From assembly GCA_963830555.1 (NCBI GenBank), contig CAWHMM010000004.1, forward strand, positions 424,064-488,063: a stretch of DNA of 64,000 nucleotides. Reading direction: 5' to 3'. The position numbers were made by a program, and so were the translations under genes. The notes under the pieces are model-generated. The model worked only from the letters and a program-made list of their open reading frames with translations. It ran no database searches and was not told the DNA's origin. Source of the DNA: an uncultured Acidobacteriaceae bacterium. Its GTDB lineage: Bacteria > Acidobacteriota > Terriglobia > Terriglobales > Acidobacteriaceae. Below, one piece after another: positions 1 through 8,658 of this stretch; within the stretch, counting starts at the first letter, position 1; each line of letters begins with the position of its first letter.

Positions 1-994
1 GAAACAGCGCTGCGCCCTGACCCTGATTGGTGTCGGGATACTGCTTCTCAAGCTGATCGGCCAGTCTGGTCACGTCATCGAGCGCGGCCGCCGGGGTCAC
101 GCCATCTTTCAGCCGCGCCACGCCGAAGAGGTTGTGGCAGATGCGCCGCTTCGAACACGAACTCGCCGGATCGATGGTGTCCCACAACTCCGCCGGCTCA
201 ACCGGTGCGAAGTGAAACTCGCGCGGCATAACCCCGATAATTGTTTCCGGCGCTCCGTCCAGCGTGATCGTGCGGCCCAGAATGTCCTGCCGGCCGCCGA
301 AGCGCTTCTGCCAGGATGCATAGCTCAAAATCACGCTATGCGACGCGCCCGGCGCGTCTTCCTCAGGACGGAAATCGCGCCCCAGCAGCGGCGCAACGCC
401 AAGCGTGCGGAAGAAGCCGGAGCTGACATGCGCACCCTGAACCAGCTCTGTTCCCTGACGCGATCGCACCATGAAGTTCCACCCGGTGTAGGCGTCCATG
501 GATGTGAAGCTTTTGTTCCATCGCTTCCAGTCCAGATAATCGAGATAGGAGATGCAGTACTTCGGCCCTGCGCTGATGGCTTCGAAGAGTCCCACCAGCC
601 GTGCCGGAGCGCGATAGGGCAGCGGCTTGATCAGTGCGGCATCCACAAAGGCGAAGATCGCGAGATTCGCACCCATGCCCAGCGCAAGGATCAGGATCGC
701 CGTCGCGGCAAAGCCGGGATTTTTCCGCAACTGCCGCAGCGCAAAGCGCAGATCCTGCAGCACGGTTTCCATACGGAAGCCCACAATTTCGTTGCTCTGT
801 TCCTGCAATCGAGTTGCATTTCCGAACTGCCGCCGCACCGTATAACGAGCCTCCTGCGCAGTCATGCCGTCGTCGAGGAGCGCCTGCTCCGCCGCCGCGC
901 GATGAAACTCCATCTCCTCGTTCAGGTCGTCGCGAAAACTATCGCGGCCAAACAGCAGCCGCAGCTTGCGAAAGAAATGGGATATTGGCGTCAT
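1..994 (-). CDS. ABC-type permease of the MacB/FtsX-like 'ADOP' (acidobacterial duplicated orphan permease) kind, N-terminal part only; gene continues past the left window edge
   Basis: Absent from the ORF track because it is open at the window edge. Hand translation of the minus strand from ATG 994-992 gives MTPISHFFRKLRLLFGRDSFRDDLNEEMEFHRAAAEQALLDDGMTAQEARYTVRRQFGNATRLQEQSNEIVGFRMETVLQDLRFALRQLRKNPGFAATAILILALGMGANLAIF... This is the conserved cytoplasmic leader, first TM helix and start of the large periplasmic loop of this family. The frame stays open to position 1. The ATG lies 9 nt after the PadR stop. Confidence 0.8.
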   Translation of the reverse strand, partial: MTPISHFFRKLRLLFGRDSFRDDLNEEMEFHRAAAEQALLDDGMTAQEARYTVRRQFGNATRLQEQSNEIVGFRMETVLQDLRFALRQLRKNPGFAATAILILALGMGANLAIFAFVDAALIKPLPYRAPARLVGLFEAISAGPKYCISYLDYLDWKRWNKSFTSMDAYTGWNFMVRSRQGTELVQGAHVSSGFFRTLGVAPLLGRDFRPEEDAPGASHSVILSYASWQKRFGGRQDILGRTITLDGAPETIIGVMPREFHFAPVEPAELWDTIDPASSCSKRRICHNLFGVARLKDGVTPAAALDDVTRLADQLEKQYPDTNQGQGAALF

Positions 995-1002
995 CGTGGG
1001 CC

Positions 1003-1332
1003 TCACGCGCGCTCGAGCACACGACCGATGGCTGCAATCATCTGGTCGAATTCAGAAAGCTCAACGCCGAGCTGCTTGCGGCCCCCGGCCGTCAGCGTAT
1101 AGAAGCGTGCCCGGCGGTTGGTCTCGGTCATCTTCCACTCCGCCTTGACCCAGCCCTGCAGCAGCAGGCGCTGCAGCGCCGGATATAACGATCCTTCCTC
1201 AACCGTGAGCACCTCATCGGAAAGCCGCTTGATGGCCTGCGCTATGCCGTAACCGTGCATGGGCGCGCGTTCCAGCGTTTTCAGGATCATCAGGTCCAGC
1301 GTCCCCGGCAGCAGGTCGTTCTTCTTCGGCAT
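1003..1332 (-). CDS. PadR family transcriptional regulator
   Basis: 109-aa ORF with a PadR winged-helix signature (GTLDLMILKTLERAPMHGYGIAQAIKRLS...EGSLYPALQRLLLQGWV). It sits directly upstream of the permease gene on the same strand, the usual PadR-permease pairing. Confidence 0.9.
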   Translation of the reverse strand: MPKKNDLLPGTLDLMILKTLERAPMHGYGIAQAIKRLSDEVLTVEEGSLYPALQRLLLQGWVKAEWKMTETNRRARFYTLTAGGRKQLGVELSEFDQMIAAIGRVLERA

Positions 1333-1454
1333 GCGCCAGCTATAGTTTATCTATGTATAGCCTGTCAAGGGAACAAGGATTCAGCCGGCTTTGATTCAGC
1401 TTCAGGATGGAATGGCTTACTGATATGTTGAGATAAGCCAGCCTGCACTTTCGC

Positions 1455-1544
1455 GGAGGGATGTGTGAGTGGTTGAAACAGGCGGTCTTGAAAACCGCTT
1501 TACCCTTACGGGTAACGGGGGTTCGAATCCCTCTCCCTCCGCCA
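1455..1544 (+). tRNA. tRNA-Ser (anticodon UGA)
   Basis: 90 nt. Acceptor stem GGAGGGA/TCCCTCC. Anticodon stem GCGGT/ACCGC with loop CTTGAAA (anticodon TGA). Long variable arm TTTACCCTTACGGGTAAC typical of class II tRNA. T-loop GGTTCGAATCC. CCA is encoded. Closely parallels the E. coli tRNA-Ser(UGA) layout. Confidence 0.93.
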
Positions 1545-1747
1545 TCTAGCGATTCAAGAACATCAGAAGAAATGTTGGTCTGTAAGGGGTTGGCCCCGGT
1601 CGATCGCCTGCTGTTCCCGCCGATATCTACGTGGTGATTCGACCTGGCTGGGAGACGCTCTGGCCGCACTGGACAATCGTCTTGGGGCTGGAGCAGGATG
1701 ATGGGTTGCAAAGGCTTGATGCCAGTCAGTCCTGGCTGAGGGGAAAC

Positions 1748-3376
1748 ATGATTATCGGCCCGCACGTGCAAGCGTCGCGCACTGCGAGGTCATCTCATCG
1801 ACCCGTTCGATTCGAGTTGGCCTCCGATGTCCCTTTCGTAGCAAAACGTCTGAGACTGCTGATAGGCGTTGCGTTCTTTCTGCTGCCGCTCAGTCAAGGA
1901 GAACTGGTTGCGCAGCAAGCGCCGCCACCCGGGCAAGGCTGGTCGCAAAGCGAGTCCTACGCGATGTATGGCCAGCAAGGTTTTCAGCAGTCTTATCCGC
2001 AACAGCCATACCAGCCACAATCGTATTCTTCCGACCAGGTCTATCAGCGGCAGCCAGGCGGACAGGCGCTGGGCGCGGAACAACTGGAGCAGTTGGTGGC
2101 GCCCGTCGCACTCTACCCTGACGTGCTCTTGGCGCAAGTTTTGACTGCATCTACTTACCCCGATCAAGTGAGGTATGTGGATCAATGGCGGCAGGCCCAG
2201 GGCAATGCGCCTCCTGAAGACATTGCAGCCGGCGCCGACCAGAAAAACTGGGATCCCAGCGTGAAGGGGCTCACTGCCTTTCCGCAGGTGCTGGCGCAAA
2301 TGGCGGGGAATCCTCAGTGGACGCAGGACCTGGGGAACGCTTACTACAATCAGCCGCAAGATGTGCTGGGTGCGGTGCAGGCGATGCGGCAGCGCGCCCA
2401 GGCAGCGGGAAACCTTCAAAGCACTCCGCAGGAAGCAGTGAGCTACGATCGGGGAAACATCGAGCTCACGCCACCGCATCCGGATGTCGTGCACGTTCCG
2501 TCGTACGACCCGTGGAATGTATATGGCCGGTCCGTATCGCCCTACCCGGGATTTTCTCTTCTTGGTGCGCTAGGTCAAGTTCTCGGCTCATCGGCGATGA
2601 GTTTCGGCTCGTCGCCGGTGAGTTATGGCCTCGGGATGTTGATGACGGTTTTCAATCACACACCGTGGGGATGGTTGAGCTGGGGGCTCAGCTGGCTGAC
2701 TCAATCAGTGCTCTTCCAAAACAACGACTACTACTCCCACAGCACGACGGTGGCAGACTGGGGCCTGCCGTATGGCGGCCCGCGTGCGTCCCGAGGCTAC
2801 TATCGAGCCGATTATGGCCGGGGTGGATACAACGGGAGTGCGGGCCGGGGATTTCGACCAGGATTACTTCGAACATCGACCCGACCGCAGGCGGGTTTCG
2901 GTCGCGGCTACCAAGCCGGCGGTGGCGCATATGGGCGGAGGCCGCTCGTCGCTCGCAACAATCTCGAGCGACCAGGATCACCGAATAGCTATAGATATGG
3001 AGCCCCTCATGGCGTGAGGGCGGGAAGTGTCTATGGCAGGCCTGCCTCGATGTATCGCCAGCCGATGAATTCGTACTCTCGATCAGGATTCACCCAGCCC
3101 ATCTATCGTGGTCCCGCGCAAGGATACCGCGCTCCGGGTGGAAACTATCGCGGTCAAGGGTTTGGGCAACGAGCTTCCTTCGCCGGCGGATACCCCGGCA
3201 AGTCAAACCGGTCTGGCGGCTTTCACCTGTTTGGCGGCGGACATTCTTCGAAGGGCTTCAGCGGAGGTTCGCACAAGGCAAACTTCGGTGGCGGACATGG
3301 CCTCTTCGGAGGGCACTCGGGGGGTCATTTCGGCGGCCATGGAGGCGGCGGCCATTCCCATGGTCGTCACCGATAA
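1748..3376 (+). CDS. DUF3300 domain-containing secreted protein with low-complexity Q/P/Y-rich and G/H/R/Y-rich regions
   Basis: ORF track 1631-3376. I prefer ATG 1748 (GAGGGG 4 nt upstream), which leaves a signal-like KRLRLLIGVAFFLLPLSQGELVAQQ. The core LEQLVAPVALYPDVLLAQVLTASTYPDQV...WDPSVKGLTAFPQVL matches my memory of DUF3300. The tail ends ...GGHSGGHFGGHGGGGHSHGRHR. Confidence 0.75.
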   Translation: MIIGPHVQASRTARSSHRPVRFELASDVPFVAKRLRLLIGVAFFLLPLSQGELVAQQAPPPGQGWSQSESYAMYGQQGFQQSYPQQPYQPQSYSSDQVYQRQPGGQALGAEQLEQLVAPVALYPDVLLAQVLTASTYPDQVRYVDQWRQAQGNAPPEDIAAGADQKNWDPSVKGLTAFPQVLAQMAGNPQWTQDLGNAYYNQPQDVLGAVQAMRQRAQAAGNLQSTPQEAVSYDRGNIELTPPHPDVVHVPSYDPWNVYGRSVSPYPGFSLLGALGQVLGSSAMSFGSSPVSYGLGMLMTVFNHTPWGWLSWGLSWLTQSVLFQNNDYYSHSTTVADWGLPYGGPRASRGYYRADYGRGGYNGSAGRGFRPGLLRTSTRPQAGFGRGYQAGGGAYGRRPLVARNNLERPGSPNSYRYGAPHGVRAGSVYGRPASMYRQPMNSYSRSGFTQPIYRGPAQGYRAPGGNYRGQGFGQRASFAGGYPGKSNRSGGFHLFGGGHSSKGFSGGSHKANFGGGHGLFGGHSGGHFGGHGGGGHSHGRHR

Positions 3377-3857
3377 AAGCAGAGAGATTTGCATTTGAGT
3401 GAAGCTAAAGGCCGCCCCCAAACGAGCCCCATTTCGTAAATACTTATTAGTGGATGAGCCGAAGTGCTGCTCTCCCGGCTTGAGATACGCAGCGAATCGG
3501 AGGGCGTTCTTTTTCCAACGCCCAGACCTCTATCTGCCGCCCACGATGCGAGCTGGCAATGCAGACGGCTCTCGCCCGGCGCGTCCAATCGCAGGACACG
3601 CGTTGCGAGCCTGATCAAGTCGTATCGGCATTTGAAGTGCGGCTCGTGCCAGGTCAATCCCCGAACCAGGCAACTGCCGCGTGCGTCTTATTGCGCCAGA
3701 GCGCCGACGCCCGGGTGGTCTCCCAACGCGAAGACGCCTCGGTGTCATCTCACCTCCGGAAAGGTATGCCGTATCCCGGAGCGGAGAAATATGCGTCTCC
3801 TGACTTCTGCTTCTCGCGGCGTTGGCATCTCTTCTTTACTTCTTATTGGCGGAGATC

Positions 3858-5759
3858 ATGAAGGAGCTCGAATGGCTACCAAAGAAACCGGCCGACTGGA
3901 ATGCTCGCGTACGTGCCCTTGAATCTAGGGGCCATAACCAGGCGCTTTGGGAAGAGTGCGAGCGGTTGAGTCTTCATCAACTTGACTTCGTCGACACATC
4001 CAAGCTCGACCGCGCCATACAGAGATTGAAATCGTGCGGCGCTCTGGCAGCGGTTAGCCCGAGGCCCATGTTTCGTCTAGCTGTCTTGGGCTCCTCGACC
4101 CTGCAACATCTCGTTCCTGGTTTACGGATAGGCTGTCTGCGGCGCGGAATCGATCTCACCGTGTACATCGGCGAGTACGGCCAATACAGGCAAGAGCTAA
4201 TGTCGCCGACCGCGTTGAACCAGTTCGGCCCCGACGCAGTCCTGCTGGCACTGGATCCTTACCACCTGGCAGAGCGCAGCGCAGGAGCGCCACTTATCGA
4301 CACGCTTCGCGCCTGCTGGCGACAAATACGCGAGATGGGCGCGGTGCCCATCCAGCAGACGGCTTTGCCGGTTCATCCGCACGTCATAGGCACCAACGAA
4401 CACGTGATGCACGATTCGCCGGCCACCATCGTCGACAGCTTCAATGCCGAAATCCGTAAGGAGCCCGGCCTGCTAGTCCTGTCTATCGACGCAGTCGCTG
4501 CGCGGCAGGGCGTCGACGAATGGCACGATCCTGTCTTATGGCACCGCGCAAAACAGGAAATAAGCCCTCGCGTATCCCATATCTATGGCGACAGCGCCGG
4601 GCGCCTCATCTCTGCATTACGCGGCCGCTCGAAAAAATGCCTCGTACTCGATCTCGACAACACGGTGTGGGGTGGGGTTGTCGGCGAAGCGGGCCTGGAA
4701 GGCCTCCAACTAGGACAAGGCACTGCACTCGGCGAGGCCTACGTTAGTTTTCAGCAATATGCGGCCAGGCTATCCCGGCGTGGAGTAATTCTCGCGGTTT
4801 GCTCAAAAAACGACGAAGACATCGCCCTGCACGCCTTCTCGAACCATCCGGAGATGGTGCTCAAAGCGAGTGACTGCGCGTGCTTCGTTGCAAACTGGAA
4901 TGACAAACCGAGCAACCTGCGCTCTATCGCCGACCGCCTGAATATTGGCACCGATTCGCTCGTCTTTGCAGACGATAATCCTTACGAACGCAATTTGGTG
5001 CGCCGGGAAATGCCCGAGGTAGCGGTTCCTGAATTGCCCGAGGACCCTGCACTTTACGCACAGGTGATAGCCGACGCGGGCTACTTCGAGACGACAGCAA
5101 TCACCGAAGATGACCGCTCGCGAGCTCAGCAGTATGGCGCGAACGCAGCCCGGGAGCGCTTGCGGCATGGCAATACTGACCTGGCGGACTACCTGCGCGA
5201 GCTTGACATGGAACTTACCGTTCGCGGATTCGATTCGCCAAGCATCCCGCGTCTCCTACAACTCGTCAATAAAACAAATCAATTCAACCTCACCACTCCT
5301 CGATACATGGAAGAAGAGCTTCGCGCCATGGCATCGGATCGCCAGGTCATCACGCTTCAGTTCCGGCTCCGGGACCGGTTTGGTGATAACGGAACGATAG
5401 CCGTAATGATAGGCAAACAGACGTCTGACGCTGTGACGATTGACTCCTGGCTGATGAGTTGCAGGGTGCTCGGCCGGACAGTAGAGCATGCGTGCCTGAG
5501 CGTAATGGCGGATTTGGCGCGATCGATGGGAGCTACCAAACTGGTGGGAATGTATAAGCCCACGAAAAGAAACGGGATCGTACGAGATTTATACGCCCAG
5601 CTCGGTTTTGCCCGCAGCTGCTCTCTCGCCGACGACACAATCACCGCGTGGGAGCTTTCTTTGCCGACCTGGCGTCCTCCTGCTCTTCTAATGCAGGTCA
5701 GACAGGAGATCGAGGCGGTACCATCCAACTCTCGCGAACCGGTACACAAGATAGGATAG
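3858..5759 (+). CDS. FkbH-like HAD-IIIC family phosphatase / carrier-protein loading enzyme
   Basis: ORF track 3822-5759. ATG 3858 has GGAG immediately upstream. HAD motifs are visible: LVLDLDNTVWGG (DxDxT), LAVCSKND, FADDNPYER. The N-terminal FkbH-type region is FRLAVLGSSTLQHL...GEYGQYRQEL. The C-terminal tail is GNAT-like (DSWLMSCRVLGRTVEHA...). Confidence 0.85.
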   Translation: MKELEWLPKKPADWNARVRALESRGHNQALWEECERLSLHQLDFVDTSKLDRAIQRLKSCGALAAVSPRPMFRLAVLGSSTLQHLVPGLRIGCLRRGIDLTVYIGEYGQYRQELMSPTALNQFGPDAVLLALDPYHLAERSAGAPLIDTLRACWRQIREMGAVPIQQTALPVHPHVIGTNEHVMHDSPATIVDSFNAEIRKEPGLLVLSIDAVAARQGVDEWHDPVLWHRAKQEISPRVSHIYGDSAGRLISALRGRSKKCLVLDLDNTVWGGVVGEAGLEGLQLGQGTALGEAYVSFQQYAARLSRRGVILAVCSKNDEDIALHAFSNHPEMVLKASDCACFVANWNDKPSNLRSIADRLNIGTDSLVFADDNPYERNLVRREMPEVAVPELPEDPALYAQVIADAGYFETTAITEDDRSRAQQYGANAARERLRHGNTDLADYLRELDMELTVRGFDSPSIPRLLQLVNKTNQFNLTTPRYMEEELRAMASDRQVITLQFRLRDRFGDNGTIAVMIGKQTSDAVTIDSWLMSCRVLGRTVEHACLSVMADLARSMGATKLVGMYKPTKRNGIVRDLYAQLGFARSCSLADDTITAWELSLPTWRPPALLMQVRQEIEAVPSNSREPVHKIG

Positions 5760-5761
5760 CC

Positions 5762-6028
5762 ATGACAGCTGCTAACATTCATGAGCAATTAACTCAGATA
5801 TTCCGCGACACCTTCGACGACGATCACATTTTGCTAAGTCCGAACACGACAGCAGCAGATATAGACGATTGGGATTCGTTTAACCACATCAGCCTGATTG
5901 TGGCCACCGAAACACAATTCAAGATCAAATTCCAGACATCCGAAGTGGAATCCTTGAAGAACGTGGGGCACTTTGAGGAGCTGATCGTCCGCAAGCTTGC
6001 GGCCCAGAACCGACTGAATGTGGCTTGA
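5762..6028 (+). CDS. acyl/peptidyl carrier protein (phosphopantetheine-binding)
   Basis: 88 aa from ATG 5762 (MTAANIHEQLTQIFRDTF...). Ser motif DIDDWDSFNHISLIVATE. Small and acidic. The start is 2 nt after the FkbH stop. The longer track ORF (5648) overlaps the FkbH gene and is unlikely. Confidence 0.85.
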   Translation: MTAANIHEQLTQIFRDTFDDDHILLSPNTTAADIDDWDSFNHISLIVATETQFKIKFQTSEVESLKNVGHFEELIVRKLAAQNRLNVA

Positions 6029-6124
6029 ATATCTCGCCGACCGGCTCTGATGCCTCTACAAAATATGCACTAACTCACATAGCTGCGCCATTTGCTGAAC
6101 ATAAGCAGCGCGAGTACGAACCTC

Positions 6125-7645
6125 ATGCTCTTTAATTCACATCTGTTTCTATTCGGATTTCTTCCTCTATGCCTCGTTGGATTCCATCTCGCCTCCCGCA
6201 TCAGTGTGCGCGCGGGTGTCACGTGGCTGGGGTTCATGTCTTGTGTCTTCTACGCCGTTTGGCGATATGAGTTCCTCACCCTCCTGCTTGGGTCAGTAAT
6301 CGTAAATTTTGTGTGCGCGCGCTTGATTTGGCGAGCAAGGGAGCGACCAGAGCACCAGAAGCGAATCCTATTTGCGGGTATCGTCTTCAACATCGGATTG
6401 CTGGTCTACTACAAGTATTGCTTTCCCTTCCTCAATGCATTGGGCCGCCTTACCACCCTCCATCATCAGTTTGCGGGTGTGCTGCTGCCCCTGGGTATAA
6501 GCTTCTTCACTTTCACTCAAATCGCTTACCTAGTGGACCTGCAACAGGGCGCGGCCGAGTGCGAAGGTTTTCGTAGCTACCTGCTATTTGTCACCTTTTT
6601 CCCGCATCTGATCGCCGGCCCAATCCTGCATCACTCGGAGATGATGCCCCAGTTCAAACGCCGCATCCGTCTCAATCAAGTTGACTTGAATGTGGGTTTC
6701 ACCTGGTTTGTCATGGGTCTGTTTAAAAAGGTGATTCTGGCGGATAGCATTGCTCCGGCTGCAGACGCGGCCTTTGCCAACCCGCACGGGCTAACGTTCC
6801 TTCCCGCCTGGATTGGAGCTATCACTTACTCTCTCCAGCTCTATTTTGATTTCTCGGGATATTCGGACATGGCAATTGGTATAGCCAGAATGTTCTCGAT
6901 CCGCTTTCCTTTAAACTTCAATTCCCCATATAAAGCGCGCAACGTCATCGACTTCTGGTTTCGCTGGCACATGACGTTGACAAGGTACATCATGATGTAC
7001 CTGTACAATCCGGTCGCGCTGGCGATCAGCCGAAAGCGGGTAGCGCAAGGTAAGCCGGTGGCACGCAGGGGCTCGAAGACAGCCTCGGGATTTGCCCAGC
7101 TTATCGCGCTGCCCACGGTATTCACGATGGCCATCGTAGGCGTTTGGCACGGTGCAGGATTTCAATTTCTGCTCTTTGGACTAGCGCATGCTGTGTATCT
7201 GACCGCAAATCACGCTTGGCGCATCTTCAAGCCGCGCTGGCTCACCGAACGTTTCCCATCGTCCAGGGCGACGGGATTGATGGCCTGCAGTCTGACCTTG
7301 TTGTGCGTTGTACTTGCGCAGGTGCTGTTTCGCGCTAACTCTACATCCGACGCATTCAGCATGCTCGCAGGTATGATTGGACTCCACGGATGGAAACCCG
7401 ACTCGCTTTCCGTTATGCGACCGGTCCTTGTACGCGTGCCTATTCGCATGGCTATCGTGTGGCTCTTGCCCAATACCCAACAGGTTCTTGCCCGATACGT
7501 GACGACGGATCCCGAAGACCTTCCCGGCGCCCGGTGGTTCACTTGGCGCCCCAGCGTCGCATGGGCGCTGACGATTACGGCAGCACTTCTAATGTCTTTC
7601 ACGTGGATCGAAGACACCACCAGATTTCTCTACTTCCAATTTTGA
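6125..7645 (+). CDS. MBOAT family O-acyltransferase (AlgI/DltB-like)
   Basis: ORF track 6092 (TTG). ATG 6125 gives the family-typical N-terminus MLFNSHLFLFGFLPL. Conserved blocks are FWFRWHMTLTRYIMMYLY and VGVWHGAGFQFLLFGLAHA (catalytic His region). Polytopic and hydrophobic throughout. Confidence 0.9.
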   Translation: MLFNSHLFLFGFLPLCLVGFHLASRISVRAGVTWLGFMSCVFYAVWRYEFLTLLLGSVIVNFVCARLIWRARERPEHQKRILFAGIVFNIGLLVYYKYCFPFLNALGRLTTLHHQFAGVLLPLGISFFTFTQIAYLVDLQQGAAECEGFRSYLLFVTFFPHLIAGPILHHSEMMPQFKRRIRLNQVDLNVGFTWFVMGLFKKVILADSIAPAADAAFANPHGLTFLPAWIGAITYSLQLYFDFSGYSDMAIGIARMFSIRFPLNFNSPYKARNVIDFWFRWHMTLTRYIMMYLYNPVALAISRKRVAQGKPVARRGSKTASGFAQLIALPTVFTMAIVGVWHGAGFQFLLFGLAHAVYLTANHAWRIFKPRWLTERFPSSRATGLMACSLTLLCVVLAQVLFRANSTSDAFSMLAGMIGLHGWKPDSLSVMRPVLVRVPIRMAIVWLLPNTQQVLARYVTTDPEDLPGARWFTWRPSVAWALTITAALLMSFTWIEDTTRFLYFQF

Positions 7646-8658
7646 GTGTTCCCACTGCCTGACGATCCTCTATCGAGGTCAGACGCTATCAGATGTGAGA
7701 CGACTGCGCTATTTCTCCGTGCTCCTGCCGAATTCAGGTGCCATGCGTCAGAGAACGCTTGCGCTGGGAACACTTCGGGCGGTGCAATGCCGATGGTATT
7801 TGCGATGCGCTCATAAGCCGCAACATTGCGGTCACAGCTGCGAACCGGACTTGCATATAGAAGAACCTTCGTGCCTTGGACGCTATAGCGACGACGAAGC
7901 TCATCGAGATAGCCGCGATCAAAGGAGGGACTGGCCGCCTGGATGGAACAGACCTTACTGGGATCCGCCCCGGTCGCCAGGGGGTAGTATCCGTTGTACT
8001 TGCTTAAGATTGCTGCGTCGTTGAGATAGCTTCTTCTGAGAGGGTCGAACAGTAGGCCGGGGTTCAGGGTGAACACCTGTTGCCACCAATGTTCCGCGAA
8101 CACGAGGCTATCCTTCGGATGCATAAGGTAGAATCTTGCGGCTTTGCCTGGTGAGAGGAGACGATCCACCAGGAGCCACCCATCGATGATCCCCCAGTCT
8201 TCGTCGTAGGTTGGGGGACGCAGATGGGCTGCGTGTTCTGCAAAAATGATGAGTTTCGGGGCTGCGCTACGGTCCAGATAGTTATCCAGAACACGATTGC
8301 CTGTGGAGGCCAGCGCCATGTATGGCAGCGAAAGAACGCAGGTCTTATATCCTGTGTGGCTTTGGACTACAAGGGGGTCTATACCCGTAGCACCAGTAGA
8401 ATCTCCAAAGACAATAACGTCGCAGTGTTCTCCCTTCATACCCAGATGAAATTCCATAATGTGCCAGAAGATGTGACCTGACATTTCATCTAGAAGTCGA
8501 CTTCGGGCAGCGACAAATGGAAGGAGCAGCCAGACCACGGCAATGCTCAGCACCAGTGGCAGATATACTCCGGGCGACGCCGTTCGCCAAGAACGTACCT
8601 TGGGCTCAGCTGTGGCCTGTATCAATGATTCGGCAACCGGCTCATCAGTCGTGATCAT
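7630..8658 (-). CDS. membrane-anchored SGNH/GDSL-like protein (DltD-like topology), function unknown
   Basis: 342-aa ORF with an N-terminal hydrophobic anchor VYLPLVLSIAVVWLLLPFVAA. Block I-like VIVFGDSTGATGID and block V-like FSDAWHLNS (DxxH). Its 3' end overlaps the MBOAT 3' end by 16 nt (convergent). Confidence 0.6.
   Translation of the reverse strand: MITTDEPVAESLIQATAEPKVRSWRTASPGVYLPLVLSIAVVWLLLPFVAARSRLLDEMSGHIFWHIMEFHLGMKGEHCDVIVFGDSTGATGIDPLVVQSHTGYKTCVLSLPYMALASTGNRVLDNYLDRSAAPKLIIFAEHAAHLRPPTYDEDWGIIDGWLLVDRLLSPGKAARFYLMHPKDSLVFAEHWWQQVFTLNPGLLFDPLRRSYLNDAAILSKYNGYYPLATGADPSKVCSIQAASPSFDRGYLDELRRRYSVQGTKVLLYASPVRSCDRNVAAYERIANTIGIAPPEVFPAQAFSDAWHLNSAGARRNSAVVSHLIASDLDRGSSGSGNTQNWK

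Noticed and set aside
1340-1771. 143-aa minus-strand ORF
   Set aside because: It overlaps the tRNA-Ser gene and the PadR/tRNA promoter region and has no protein-like features.
3377-3857. 481-nt gap upstream of the FkbH-like gene with several 70-150-aa ORFs on both strands
   Set aside because: The translations are Arg/Ser/Pro-rich with no motifs or RBS. I saw no obvious repeats, hairpin-terminator or RNA motif by eye. It is probably a promoter or leader region. An Rfam scan would be the decisive check.
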